Origin: Ylistrum balloti
Taxonomy: Eukaryota
Reading direction: 5' to 3'
Length of the DNA: 64,000 bases
NCBI RefSeq assembly: GCF_031769215.1
Contig: NW_026781941.1
Span: 992,001 to 1,056,000 of the forward strand
Part shown: piece after piece, positions 23,901-36,400 of the stretch
How the letters are laid out: each line of letters opens with the position of its first letter
Numbering within the stretch: position 1 is the first letter of the stretch
Notes under the pieces: model-generated
What the model was told of the DNA's origin: nothing
Database searches by the model: none
What the model saw: the letters and a program-made list of their open reading frames with translations, nothing else
Position numbers and translations under genes: made by a program

Positions 23901-26844
23901 TCCATGTTCCACACCAGACTTGGATTGACGTTCAAGAAAACCTCAGGTAGGTTGTCTCTCTGTATAATGACCATGGTAACAGTTCTATGTAAGTTTGATC
24001 TTATCAGTTATAATCTTTTTTCTCATTTGTTGAATTAACCATCACATCATGATACCAAGCTGTAAAAACAATGAAAAAAAAAGTCCTACTATATGTATAA
24101 CAATCATTTGGCATCAATGTTGTCTTTTTACCTAAAGAATATGTATGTGGAAAAAAAACTAAAGAAATATAGCAGTCATTTTTTTTCTTGCGATAAACTG
24201 ACTTTAAGCTCAAATCAACATAGGGAAAACCATGGAACAAACAAAAAACCATATCCCTATAATTTGGGAAAGATCTACAGTTGTATGTCTACATACTGAG
24301 AATGAATTGATAACACTCTTTAGTGACCACATTAAAATCTTGGTTACGTAGCTATAACAAGATGAACATAAAAAGTCATAAATATGAACCAAAATAAAAA
24401 AAATTAACTTTGATAACTTTTTGAGATGTGTAAGGCATTTTGTGATAACTAACATAAAAATGTTGTTCTAGCAGTTGTCTTGTTGTTATGTTTAGTTCAT
24501 ACCTGCCAACTTTTCAAAATTATCATGGGGGAGAAAAATATGTGAACAAAATTGTTTATTACCCACGTTACTTTGCGCGTCGCGACATTTATCACAAAGG
24601 AAAAATTAATCTATGTATATTTAATCAATACTTCTAGATAACTTTAAATTCATAAAGCAGCTTTTTTTACCAGCAAATACAATGAAATGATAGATCCCAG
24701 GAAGAATTAAGAAGGCTGTTTCTTGTGATGGTTCAGCTACTTTGCCTTTTCTTCAGATCATAAATCATAATCTATGTAAACATGTAATGTAAGTGTTTTG
24801 ATTCAAATGCTTCTGAAAATATGTACACAGGAAACATTTGCAATTATCTATCAATAAATTAGCAATTGTTCAGGACTACTTTTCATTTTAAATTTTATCA
24901 ATGGATGGCTAAACAAATAAAGTATAAGAAGTGTGTCTAAGTAATGGGGAAAATGTAATTTTTAAGTTGAATTTGTTATCGCACAGGTAACCGTCTGCAA
25001 TGCCTCTTTAAACACATAGACAGAGATGATCCAGAAGCAGTGTTCTATTTCTTCATTAAAGTGGAGGGTGAAGATCGTCAATATGTTGGTAAGTGTAAAA
25101 TTTGTGCCTCACTATCTTGAACTTTTGAATCATACTTTCAGATACATGTACACGAAGCCTAAAAGTGAACTTTATTAAATTTTTCAGGTTAGTTTGAACC
25201 TTCTGTTTCTTTACTGTCCCGGATTGTGAACCTCCTGTTTCTTTATTGTCTCAGAATGTGAACCTCATGTTTCTTTATTGTCCCAGATTATGAACCTCCT
25301 GTTTCTTTATTGTGTCAGATTGTGAACCTCCTGTTTCTTTATTGTCCCAGATTGTGAACCTCCTGTTTCTTTATTTTCCCAGATTGTGAACCTCTTATTT
25401 TTTTATTGTCTCAGATTGTGAACCTCCTATTTTTTTTATTGTCTCAGATTGTGAACCTCCTGTTTCTTTATTGTGTTGGATTGTGAACCTCTTGTTTCTT
25501 TATTTTCTCAGATTGTGGACCTCCAGATTGTTTTTCAGATTATGAACCTCCTGTTTCTTTATTGTTTTGATTGTTTCTTTATTGTCTCTTGAACCTCTTG
25601 TGAACCTCCTGTTTCTTCAGATTGTGGACCTCCTGTTTCTTTATTGTCACAGATTGTGAACCTCCTGTTTCTTTATTGTCCCAGATTGTGATCCTCTTGT
25701 TTCTTTATTGTCCAGATTGTGAATCTCCTGTTTCTTTATTGTCCCAGATTGTGAACCTCCTGTTTCTTTATTGTCTCAGAATGTGAACCTCCTGTTTCTT
25801 CATTGTCTCAGATTATGAACCTCCTGTTTCTTTATTGTGTCAGATTGTGAACCTCCTGTTTCTTCATTGTCTCTGATTGTGAACCTCCTGTTTCTTTATT
25901 GTCTCTGATTGTGAACCTCCTGTTTCTTTATTGTCCCAGATTGTGAACCTCCTGTTTCTTTATTGTCCCAGATTGTGAACCTCCTGTTTCTTTATTGTGT
26001 CAGAGTTTGAACCTCCTGTTTCTTTATTGTGACAGATTGTGAACCTCCTGTTTCTTTATTGTCCCAGATTGTGAACCTCCTGTTTCTTTATTGTCCCAGA
26101 TTGTGAACCTCCTGTTTCTTTATTGTCACAGATTATGAACCTCCTGTTTCTTTATTGTCCCAGATTGTGAACCTCCTGTTTCTTTATTGTCTCTGATTGT
26201 GAACCTCCTGTTTCTTTATTGTCTCTGATTGTGAACCTCCTGTTTCTTTATTGTGCATGTATTAAGATTATGATTTCACATTTGCCTTTCATATAAAGGT
26301 TATTATAGTCAGATGACTGTTCAGGCCTGCAAGATTTTTGTTGAATATTTTTTGTGGATTTTCTATCAGAAATAGTTAGAACCTGGTTAGAGTTATCAGT
26401 TTAAGGTGACAGTTTAATGAGATGTACATATAAACCTTGACTGGCTTCCAGGGGCTGATGGGCAGGGCCAAATGTAGGTCAAATTGACTGAAATTTCATA
26501 GATGTTCAACTGGATGGAAGATTTTAAATAGGGAAATTCAAATCTTGAGTGAAATTTCTTTTAATTCAAACTTGGTTAGAAGATTTAGCATAGAACATTA
26601 TATAGTACAAGTTATCTTACTTCTTTTAAAATTATCATTTCTATATCATGTTACAAGAACCGCTATTACTTAGGTGACATTTAAGTCCCTTGGGCCTCTT
26701 TTTTCAGTTTCAGATTGTGAACCTCCAGTGCCTGAATTGGAGATTTTGGTGGAAAAGCTTAACCAGACCAACAATTTGCGATCATTTGTTGTGTGTATGA
26801 GGAAGCGATTTCAGCAGCTTGTACAGGAGCAGAAAACCCAATAA
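17904..26844 (+). CDS. SPC25: Kinetochore protein Spc25 (NDC80 complex), 7 exons, about 243 aa
   Basis: Exons: 17904-17906 (ATG only, inferred), 19873-20044, 20534-20599, 23247-23393, 23842-23946, 24987-25088, 26708-26844; phases match (732 nt). N-terminal coiled coil followed by the RWD-like Spc25 domain LGLTFKKTSGNRLQCLFKHIDRDDPEAVFYFFIKV...VSDCEPPVPELEILVEKLNQTNNLRSFVVCMRKRF. Confidence 0.88.
18489..18775. repeat. Inverted repeat pair (44-bp arms, 18-bp perfect core ATCACTTTCACTCTCTGC) in SPC25 intron 1; MITE-like
   Basis: Arms 18489-18532 and 18732-18775; no TSD identified. Confidence 0.6.
21033..23231. repeat. 33-34-bp minisatellite (GAGAAAACATCAGGGTGTTTACTCCTCTTTAACA), about 64 copies, in SPC25 intron 3
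   Basis: Direct reading; 305-bp higher-order period; the last degenerate copy ends 15 nt before the exon 4 acceptor. Confidence 0.97.
25184..26254. repeat. 32-bp minisatellite (CAGATTGTGAACCTCCTGTTTCTTTATTGTCC), about 33 copies, in the last SPC25 intron
   Basis: Direct reading; the unit shares CAGATTGTGAACCTCC with the start of the terminal exon (26711-26726). Confidence 0.97.
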
Positions 26845-28339
26845 CAGAAAACCAAGCAGCCACCACAGTGAATTATCAGGACGTTACAATTAATCTTGCT
26901 TGGAAAAAGACTAGGAATTAATCCTACAAAGAGGAAAAAACAGAACAAAGATGTAGTCAAGCTTGACATTTGACTTGTACCTTAGGCTCAAATATTCCTA
27001 CAATTTTCAAAGAAAAAATATGGGAAAAAAAAAAGTATGGACTGTCACAACTATATAAAGTATTGATATACACTTTACACAGTAATATCTTGATATAGTA
27101 TCAATATGTTTTCTTTAAACAGAAGGTAGGAATAAGTTCATTGAAAAAAATAAAACATGTGAACAGGATTTTGACATTACCATCTACATCAGAATTCTTC
27201 ACTCAATGTATAATGAGGCCAAGCACATTTGGCCCTTTGTAACTCAAGTATTGATTGGTATGTATTTCTAGTGTATGGGAACTGTAACATACAAGGAACT
27301 CTTCCATCCATGGTCTCAACAATATGTATTGGGTCAAACATCATGAATCCTTCCCATCTGTGGACATTTTATATAAATCTGTACAACTCCATTTGTCCTG
27401 AATGTAGCTTCCTTTTCCTATTGTTTCTTCTACTTCTTTCCTCTTCTGCTTCTTCTTCTTCTTTTAAAGAAGAATATTTTGTTTCAGTTTTGATTCAAAT
27501 ATATGTAAAATTATTGACACATTTGCAATAAATCATGTTGATGTATGAAATTAAGTTTTGGCGCATTCCTTTTTAATTCTCCTGGGAAAGGACGGCAGTC
27601 CATCCTTTTGCACTCTATCTTATCTAGGCTCCATCTCCGACACTTAACTTGTCATTTGAACTTTATACTTGAGCCATGGGTTTCGGGGATATTTACTACT
27701 GAATTCATACCACCAAATATGCAGATAAATTTGCAGTAGTAACACTGACAGTATTCTTCATTGAATATGGTGAGTTTGTCAAACAGCCAATAATTAGAAT
27801 TAATTCCTTCATAAATTCTTCTGTGCATTCTTAGCATATCCTTTCACATTCAGTAGGGAACTAATATGTTGTTCTTGTAATTACTGGTTGGAAAAAACAT
27901 GAGGGACAATTAGAGTTATAATTGTCTCCCCTGCAACTAATATCCTATACCAGGTATTGTCAAAGTTTACTCTGAGTTGAGGAAAAAGGTTTGGATAAGT
28001 CAGTCCATACTGATGTAATTCTTGTGATAATGACAATTTTTTTTGTGTAGTGTCATGATAATGATATTTGTTTATGCTGTATATCAGTTTTATATGAAAT
28101 GTAGCATGGTTTTTAAATAGTTTGAACTGCCAGTGTTTCTAAGGAAGCTAAGAAACGGACCAATCTGTGTTGTTATGTTTGTGTCATTGAGCAGGACATT
28201 TTACCAGGTGCTCTAACTGCTCTGAACTGCATGCAAAGGGTTGCCTGTATGTTGTGTAATAACAGAGCCAGCAGCTACTACAAGGAGACTCCATGTCAAA
28301 ATGAGTCTGGCTGTTTATGGTAAATATTTGTTTCAATCT

Positions 28340-30845
28340 TGTGGCAATGCATTCGGTGTGTTCCCTTTACGCCAACTTTCTTAAAAACACATATGGCAGT
28401 TGGTGTTGTTTTTACCATTTAAGTCAAAAAATTGTGGTACCTCATGGGGGCTCTGGGGAACAGCTACTGTGGAGTAGTTACCTGTGACTTGATAATATTT
28501 AGCCATAAATGGGGAAATTTTCAGATTTTGAATTGAGAATTAAATTGAAATGTTAGGAAAAAAGAAGATGTTTTTGAATGCTATATTATTTAAATTTAAG
28601 GAGAAAAAAGAATTATTTGAAATTTATATTGTTCAATAAAAAAAAAGAATTATTTGAAAATTATATAATTTAACAATAGAAAAAACCATTATTACTTATC
28701 ACACTGAACACTCCAAGCCAACTGCACTCTGTATAAATACAGCGACTGCATCATTCTTTATATTCATACTTTCACACCATTTATTGTTATATTTAGTTGT
28801 TTTAACTACTGTAGCACAGATTATAACTGATGATGAGAAGTCCAAGCTGATAACCTGAATACTTATCACACTGAACACTGCAAGCCAACTGCACTCTGTA
28901 TAAATACAGCGACTGCATCATACTTTACATTCATAGTGAAACACTCATATCAAGTAACATGGCAAACACACAGCTGAATTTGAAGTTCGTAATTAACAAG
29001 AAAGGGGGCCAGAATTTAGCCTATAATGGTTTCATCTACAGAATCATACGCAGAAATGGTGAAAAATCATGTCGAGGATCCCTCTCTGCCCTTAACAACA
29101 TACCAGTTGCTTTTGGAAGACAGGAACACAACCATCCAGCAGATCATGCAGAAGTTGTAGCACAGCAGATCAGAAACAGCATCACCAAGAGATGTCTTGA
29201 AGAAGTCAGACCCATACCAGCAATATACGAAGAAGAACTCCGCAAGCTCCGAGATGAAGAATGGGATGAAGACTGCAAAGCGGTGGTACAGCGACTGCCT
29301 ACCTTCAATACAGCCAAGTCGTCACTCTACAGAGCCCGCCGAAAGGAAACCCCAGTGCTACCAAAGACTCTTTCTGACATCAGACTGGAAGGGAAATGGA
29401 CAGAAACATCAACCAGAGACAGATTTCTTCTTTTTGACGATGGAGACCAGCAGAACCGAATTATAGCCTTCGCCACTACGGAGAACCTACGATATCTCTC
29501 AACTGCTGACACATTCTACTGTGATGGAACATTTTACACGTGGCCGAGCTTGTTTCATCAGATCTACAGCATCCATGTGGTTATTGATGGAAGGATGACA
29601 CCAGTCGTATTTGCGCTACTACCAGGAAAGAGTCAAAGAATCTACACTCGACTGTTTACCCTACTCAAGGAACACATGACTCAACTGTACCTGCCTTTCG
29701 CCCCAACCCATGCATTCGCCGACTTTGAAGTAGCAGTACACAACGCCATTCACCAGACATTCCCAGGAATCACCATGAAAGGTTTTTTCCATTTCACCCA
29801 TAATGTATGGAAAAAAGCACAGACAACTGGACTGCAAACTCTATACCGGGACAATGAAGATGTTAGGACCCTTATCCGCCGTGCAGCTGTTCTACCACTG
29901 GTACCCATGGACTGCATAGAAGACGTATGGTTACAGACACTAGAAGATCTAGAAGACGCTGAAGTACCACAGAACACAACACCTTTCACAGACTATGTTA
30001 CAGAGCAGTGGGTGGAAGGAGACAGACCGTTGTGGAATCACTTCCAAACAGATGGACCACGAACAACAAACAACCTAGAAGCATGGCACGGGAAACTAAA
30101 GAAGGTGAAACACGCTCATCCGACTATATTTGCCATCATACAGACATTCAAGGAAATAGACAATGCCGACGTCATCAACAGAATGCAGAGAGAAGCTGGA
30201 GGAACACCCGACCGCGTGCAAAGAAGTACTGCAACATTGACCCCCGCCTTACAACACTCAAAGAAAGATACGGAAACGGAACCATTGACCTGATGACCTA
30301 CGCTGATTCAGCATCACAGCTACTTCATCTTGGATAAATAGACTGTGCTTTATGTGAATATTAATTAGTGCTACATGCGTGTTTATGAACATTCTAATAA
30401 TTAGTGCCATTAGGTATTTAATTTATGAAAATAGTGCTTGTATATCAAATATTGAAAATTGAAAATTAATTAGTAAAATTTAGTTTAGTATGTATATGTT
30501 GAATTTAGTGCTACATTATAAAACTAAAAATAAAAAAGTGATTTCTGTGCTTAATTTAAATGATAATATGCTTATTAATGTTTATTAATTGTAATCTTCA
30601 TATGGTCTATCATTAATGTCATATTAATAAAATAAATAAAATGTATTAAGTTTATATTATGTCTGAATTTCTTATTACTTACCTTAAAAACTGTTGCAAG
30701 TATGTATCAGATATTTTTACCTGAGTTTACCTGTACACCACCCCAAGTACCCCTTCTTTGTGCCCCTCAATTATCTTGAACAATAACAAAATAATCCCTT
30801 TGATGTTCTGCAGAGTTGGCGTAAAGGGAAACAGCCGTGCATTCA
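28340..30845 (+). mobile_element. Mutator-like (MULE) DNA transposon
   Basis: Transposase gene flanked by inverted repeats with a perfect 17-bp core, TTCCCTTTACGCCAACT 28361-28377 / AGTTGGCGTAAAGGGAA 30814-30830, with degenerate similarity extending both ways. Exact ends and TSD not resolved. Confidence 0.85.
28959..30337 (+). pseudogene. MULE transposase, frameshifted
   Basis: ORF 28959-30293 has DGTF, DFE and NNLEAWH (DDE triad). The true C-terminus (RPRAKKYCNIDPRLTTLKERY) lies in another frame after the CCC at 30207-30209. The FLYWCH-like N-terminus lacks its W-x-C core, and GFFH lacks the Cys of CxxH. Confidence 0.88.
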
Positions 30846-32224
30846 ACAGCAACATTATACCAACAAATCACATGTAAATTATGTTTTAGCAATGTTAAGA
30901 CAAATTCAAATATCTGTAATATTTATACACGAACAGAATTGGTGGATATACCTACAGGTAGAATATACATTGTATTGGGACTGGGATAAGTTACATAATA
31001 TTTCTATTCAGTAACATTAAAGCCTGAAGTCAGATAATGGGATTTCACCAACAACTTTATGGTTCAATATGCAAGACATCTTATGTATGAAATTAAGTAA
31101 TATCATCTTAAAGTACAGCACTGTAATGGAATTCATTCAATATTCCATTTGTTTCTGCTAAGTGCTCTACAACTGTTTACCTGAGTTGTACAGTAACAAC
31201 TGATGCATGCTGAGATATAATGCTACTAGAATATTGATGTTTGATTACTGCGTAATGTCTTTTTGCTAGTTCATAATTATAAAACAAAATTTTCTCTGTA
31301 AGTTAGTACCTTGTGTTTTGATGATATGTGTGAACTGATGCAGAAAATACAAATCTATCAGACGACAAAAGCATAAACTTATAAATTAAATAGACATTGG
31401 GTACAAGATTTTCATCATGATAATAATTTTTCAATTCTGGATCACAAATATCAGTGAGTAGTTCATCATTAAATAGTTAACACACAGTTAACAATATGCC
31501 GAACCATATTTTTCATATGGAGCCCAAACGGAGTAAATTTGTATTTACATGAAATATGTCATCAATTAGCTAGCTTTAAGCTATGCTGTGCAAACAGCTC
31601 TTCTAAACCTTTGACATTTGTCAGATGAGTGAAAACATATACAAGAAATAGGTTGAGATCTTACTTTGACCTTTAACCTCCATAAGGAAAAATGGTTTCC
31701 AGGGCATTATATCTCCTATTCAAGTTCATGAAGGGTTTTAGATTTGCAAATCTGTTAAATGAGACACAATGACACCTTATTTTATATGTTTATCTGGTGT
31801 CTGGTGCCAATATTTTCTGTTGAAAACAATTTCTTCTTAATAAACAAAACACCTGGCGTAGGGTACAGATATTAGACTTGTAGCATACTGGGGAGAAAAC
31901 AAATAGGCCCTGGCCATCATTTATAGTGTTTTTGTAGTAACATGATTGAGGAATAGACTTAAAAGTTGTCAGAAATTGTTTTAACTAAGCAACAAAGTAA
32001 TCTGTGGAAGCTGCAGAATAGGTGAGCAATTTGGACCCATTGGGTCTCTTGTAATCTTTTATCTTTGTATGTCTCTTTTGTGTGTATAGTTCCAACAAAC
32101 ATTTGAATGCATCTTGAATTGTTGCTTCAATGTCATTTGCCAATCAGAATCCACAAAAAAATTAAATGAAATTTAGATGTCAGTACGGACATTTAAAACT
32201 TTTCAATTGTTGAAAACTATACAG

Positions 32225-33150
32225 AAGTTTATTTTGTGAAATATACCTCCAAATCAAAGAAGAATTATAGAGAGAATGAAATCATAAAAATTATAAAGTT
32301 TCTGGTTGACAACATCTTCGTCAGGGTTGTTGGCAAAATCTTTCTACAGACTATTGGCATACCTACAGGAACCAACTGTGCCCCTCTGTTGGCTGACTTG
32401 TTTTTGTTTTCATGTGAGGCTGAATTTATTGAAGAGCTTATCAAAACAGGTCACAAAGGCCTTCCAATGTCATTTAATTTCACTTTCAGGTATATTGATA
32501 ACATCTTGATTTTAAACATAACATTAAATTTATTGACCATGTCCATTGCATATACCCAAAGGAATTGGAAATCAGAGACATGACAAACTCTCCTACATCA
32601 GCCACTTATCTCGATCTTTTCCCACAATGAAACCAAATAAGTGTGATGATTTTAATTTCCCTATTGTAAATTTTCCATTTCTGGATATCAACATCCCTGC
32701 ATACCAAACCTATGGTGCTAAGATGTTGCATTTGGTTCAATATTCAAGGGCCAGTTCACATTACAACAATTTAGTGGAAGAAGTTTTCAACTGACAGACA
32801 AACTCACTACATAGGTTTCAAAAGATGCATGTTAATGAAAAGTATGAGGAAGTTTTACAGTAGTCAGAGTAATCAGACCCATTAAGTATATGGATATGAA
32901 GTTGGATGTTTTGATGCCCATCAGTTTGCCTGTTTGCTCAGTTGTACACCTTGTTCTCATTTTAGAAACTGACATTACTCACTTGGATTGATCAAGATTT
33001 ACATGTGTTATTGATGAAGCAGGAAATGCTTACTCTTCCGAAACATCTGGTCTTATTTTCTTGTACTATTCCAAGAGTATCTGTATAAATCTGCCTTTGT
33101 TCATATTTTGCCCTAGTTTTATTGAGTTGGGATTATGTCAACATGTTTTT
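32225..33150 (+). mobile_element. Penelope-like element fragment (reverse transcriptase)
   Basis: QTIGIPTGTNCAPLLADLFL...FRYIDN and DDFNFPIVNFPFLD.NIP peptides are typical of PLE RT; frameshifted. Confidence 0.85.
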
Positions 33151-33359
33151 TTTTCTTCTTAATTTTTTTTTCAATATTGGTTTAAGACTACCTGTTTAGC
33201 TGAAGGTGATGATATTTAATTTCATTTATTTGGTTGAGATGGTCTGACTTGCTGCAAGTGGTTTTCTCATTTAATTTGTATTTAAAAAATCAATTATTGT
33301 TAAAGAGGTTCGAATGAAGCTCTAAAAGGCTGAATACTTGTAAGCAGTAAAACGTTTAA

Positions 33360-33389
33360 TCACGTGACCAGCAATTGTTGATGACGTCA
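33360..33389. promoter_or_regulatory. E-box (TCACGTGA) plus full CRE (TGACGTCA) in the citrate synthase promoter
   Basis: TCACGTGA 33360-33367 and TGACGTCA 33382-33389, the latter 52 nt upstream of the ATG; CpG-rich context. Confidence 0.55.
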
Positions 33390-33441
33390 AGAACAGGATT
33401 GACCTTGGAACACCGGTAAACCAGTCTAGTTAAAACTGAAA

Positions 33442-36400
33442 ATGTCTTTATTTCGCACAGTTGCAAGTAATGTCTTGCGTCAAAATAAGGTAAGTGTTTC
33501 GATTTACAACAATGAAGACATTTTCTCACAATGTCTTTTGATTGTATTGTTCAATGTGTAGGAAAACTCGAGAAGAAAGAACAGAGTATAAACGTGGGTG
33601 ATTTTTGGATAACTTTCGTTGTCGGCGTTTGACATGCACTAATTGGCCCATAGATACAGATGAATTACATGTAATGATAATACAGCTGACTTTTTTATTG
33701 GTTCAGAGCGGATAGAAGAAAAACCAATGTCTGGACATGTAGCCTGTACAATGTACAGAACGACGTGGTAACAAGGAATAGAGTAATGATTTTTTCTGAC
33801 TCGCAGATATACATTAATATGCAAGGATATACTTCTAACGTTTACCTGTTACATGTAATTGGCAGTAGATATTACAAATATAGAAGACAGTTTATTGATA
33901 TCTGTTGTTCTGGATAAAAGTCATACACTAATTTTTACATTCATTGTGCTAGCGTGACATTGTGGATGACGAAAGAACATGCATGAGCACACCGAAACAA
34001 GATAGATTCTACTTCATTTCTTGATTGACCAATCGGTGGCAAGCAGTCGAAACTAAATGAAAAAAAAAACAAACAACAGTGTTAGTCAGACTTTGCGAAC
34101 ATAAAAGTATTATAAGAATTTGTTCACTGGATTTATTGCCCCATGTACAGCAAGTCATTTTGAAATGGAGTCTCCCTGTACTTGTGATTACCTTACTGAA
34201 CATCACGTGGAAGGTTTGTCACATGGTTTCAAGTGCAGTTGGGGCAAGATCTTATTAAAGATCATATATAACAATGGCTCAGGATGATCATTGATCTTAG
34301 GTCTTTGAGAGATATGTAGAAATTATTTGTGGAGTGGAACAAGTTGACAAATTTATAGGAAGGCTCTATGAGTATGAAGGCCAACATTTTGTAATTAAAG
34401 TAAGGAAAAGTTAAAATTGCAATCGAATACAACCCATGGGGTATTCAAGTGAGTCATAGGGCTAGAGACTTCAACCTGCGTAGAAAATTTTGAAAATGTT
34501 TGGCACCCGAACACTTGTTTTCTGTTTTGTCTTATGTAACTGACCATTGTAATGGCATTTGCATAGTGTTTAACCAAACTTTTAACAATTCTACAACTGC
34601 TGCAGAAACTATAAACACTAGTAATGAGACTCCAAAAATGCTTACATGATAAACAATTAACAAATAACTGTCAACCATATAACAATGTAAGGTACTATAT
34701 TTATATGACAATGAACACATTCCTGGTACAATGTAATAGAACCAAACATATGCATCGCTGTTCAGTAGAACTAGAATCACAGACATAAGCTATTTCATTA
34801 CTGTGCAATAAGCCCACCCCTGTGTATTTGCCCAAAGCATTATTAATGAATTATTAAAGAAAACCATGGTAGGACTGTCTCCTGGTAATGACATATTTTG
34901 CAGAACTTGTATATTTTGTCAGATTGACTTAAAAGTTGTTCATGTGTCATGATCACAGGAAATTTAGTTTTAAAAACAAATTAAACAATAAGCCAAAACA
35001 AACAAAAAAAAAAAGAAGATAAAAACTACAATGTGTTCAATCCTTTTGCTTGTGCTTGCAGGCTCTCCTTCCAGCTGTGAGTGTAAGACACTCCTCTTCC
35101 ACGGTAAGTCAAAAACACATGCCACAATATGTGGCATTGGAATGGTACGATCTGTCAGTTCCTTCTGTACATGTTTAGTGATAATAGGACATATACATTT
35201 TGCTGTAGGACAAATATCTAGCTATGGTATAATCAGATTTGTATAACTTGCACTTCATCATGAAAGCCATTTGCAACATTGAATATAATCTCTTTTATAT
35301 ATTCATGGCATAAATAACTGATAAGTTACAGTCAGAGGTGAAATTATTAATCATTAATTAAATCAGTTATGATTTAAATTGATGCTAGCCTTGAGTCTTC
35401 ATACAAAACATCATGGGAAATTGAATTTCTTCTTCTGCTTTTCAGCAAAATTTTTATTTGTTCATTGATATATTAAAAACTATCAAAAGAATTCTTTGAT
35501 TCATACTCATTCATCTAGAATTTGAAAGATGTGCTAGCAGGAGTCATTCCAGAGAAGCAAAAGGAAGTTGTGGAATTGAGGAAACAGTATGGAGACAAAG
35601 TGGTGGGAGAGGTCACCCTCAACATGGTAAATATACATGTAGAAAAAACAGAATAGAACATTATTTTAGCGTGATGCAACATGACCCAAAAACTGCAAAA
35701 TTGACATCTTCTAACGATCTCTTATCGGTCAACATTAAAAATACATGCAATAATGGTCATATAACATTTTGATCTTATAATGATGCAAATGGTATCAGCA
35801 AATCAGAAGACAAAATCAGGACAAACTGAAAATAAAGACATTAATTGACTCATTCACATGTTATTTTGTAATAAGATTTATATGTATGGGTCTTCACATC
35901 TTTTCAATTATAAGTTTGATCTTTTTCAACACCTTATACTAAATACTAAAAATAGTCCTTACATGTTGTATATTATGTACATGTATTGTCATTTATGTTG
36001 TATCATCAAAAATCATATACATATATACATGCCTTATTGATTATAATCATCATGTAATAGTCATTATTCTTGATACATGTATATTTCATTAAGATACTGT
36101 ACTAGCTAATGTATTTGCTGTCCATTGTATTGTAAATTGTTTTTCTATATTGAAAATGAATAAAAAAAATGTTCATGAAAAAAAAATAATATTTTGTAAG
36201 TTCATCTTTAACACTCTTCAAAATACAAGTGCCATAAATTTGTGCATATAGTGTTCATTTTTCAGGCAAAAGCTGTCGTGTCAAAAAGGGGGTGTATACT
36301 ATATAGAGGAACATGCCATTCTTGGGGTTATCATTCTCTAGTTCTCTGTCCACCATATTGGATTACCTCCCTTCACATAGTTATTGTCAGTCATGTATGA

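Noticed and set aside
21033-26254. CRISPR-like appearance of regularly spaced ~32-34-bp repeats with hairpins
   Set aside because: Units are head-to-tail with no unique spacers, there are no cas genes, and the context is eukaryotic introns.
29197-29989. Overlapping and antisense ORFs within the MULE transposase
   Set aside because: Shadow frames of a GC-richer coding sequence.
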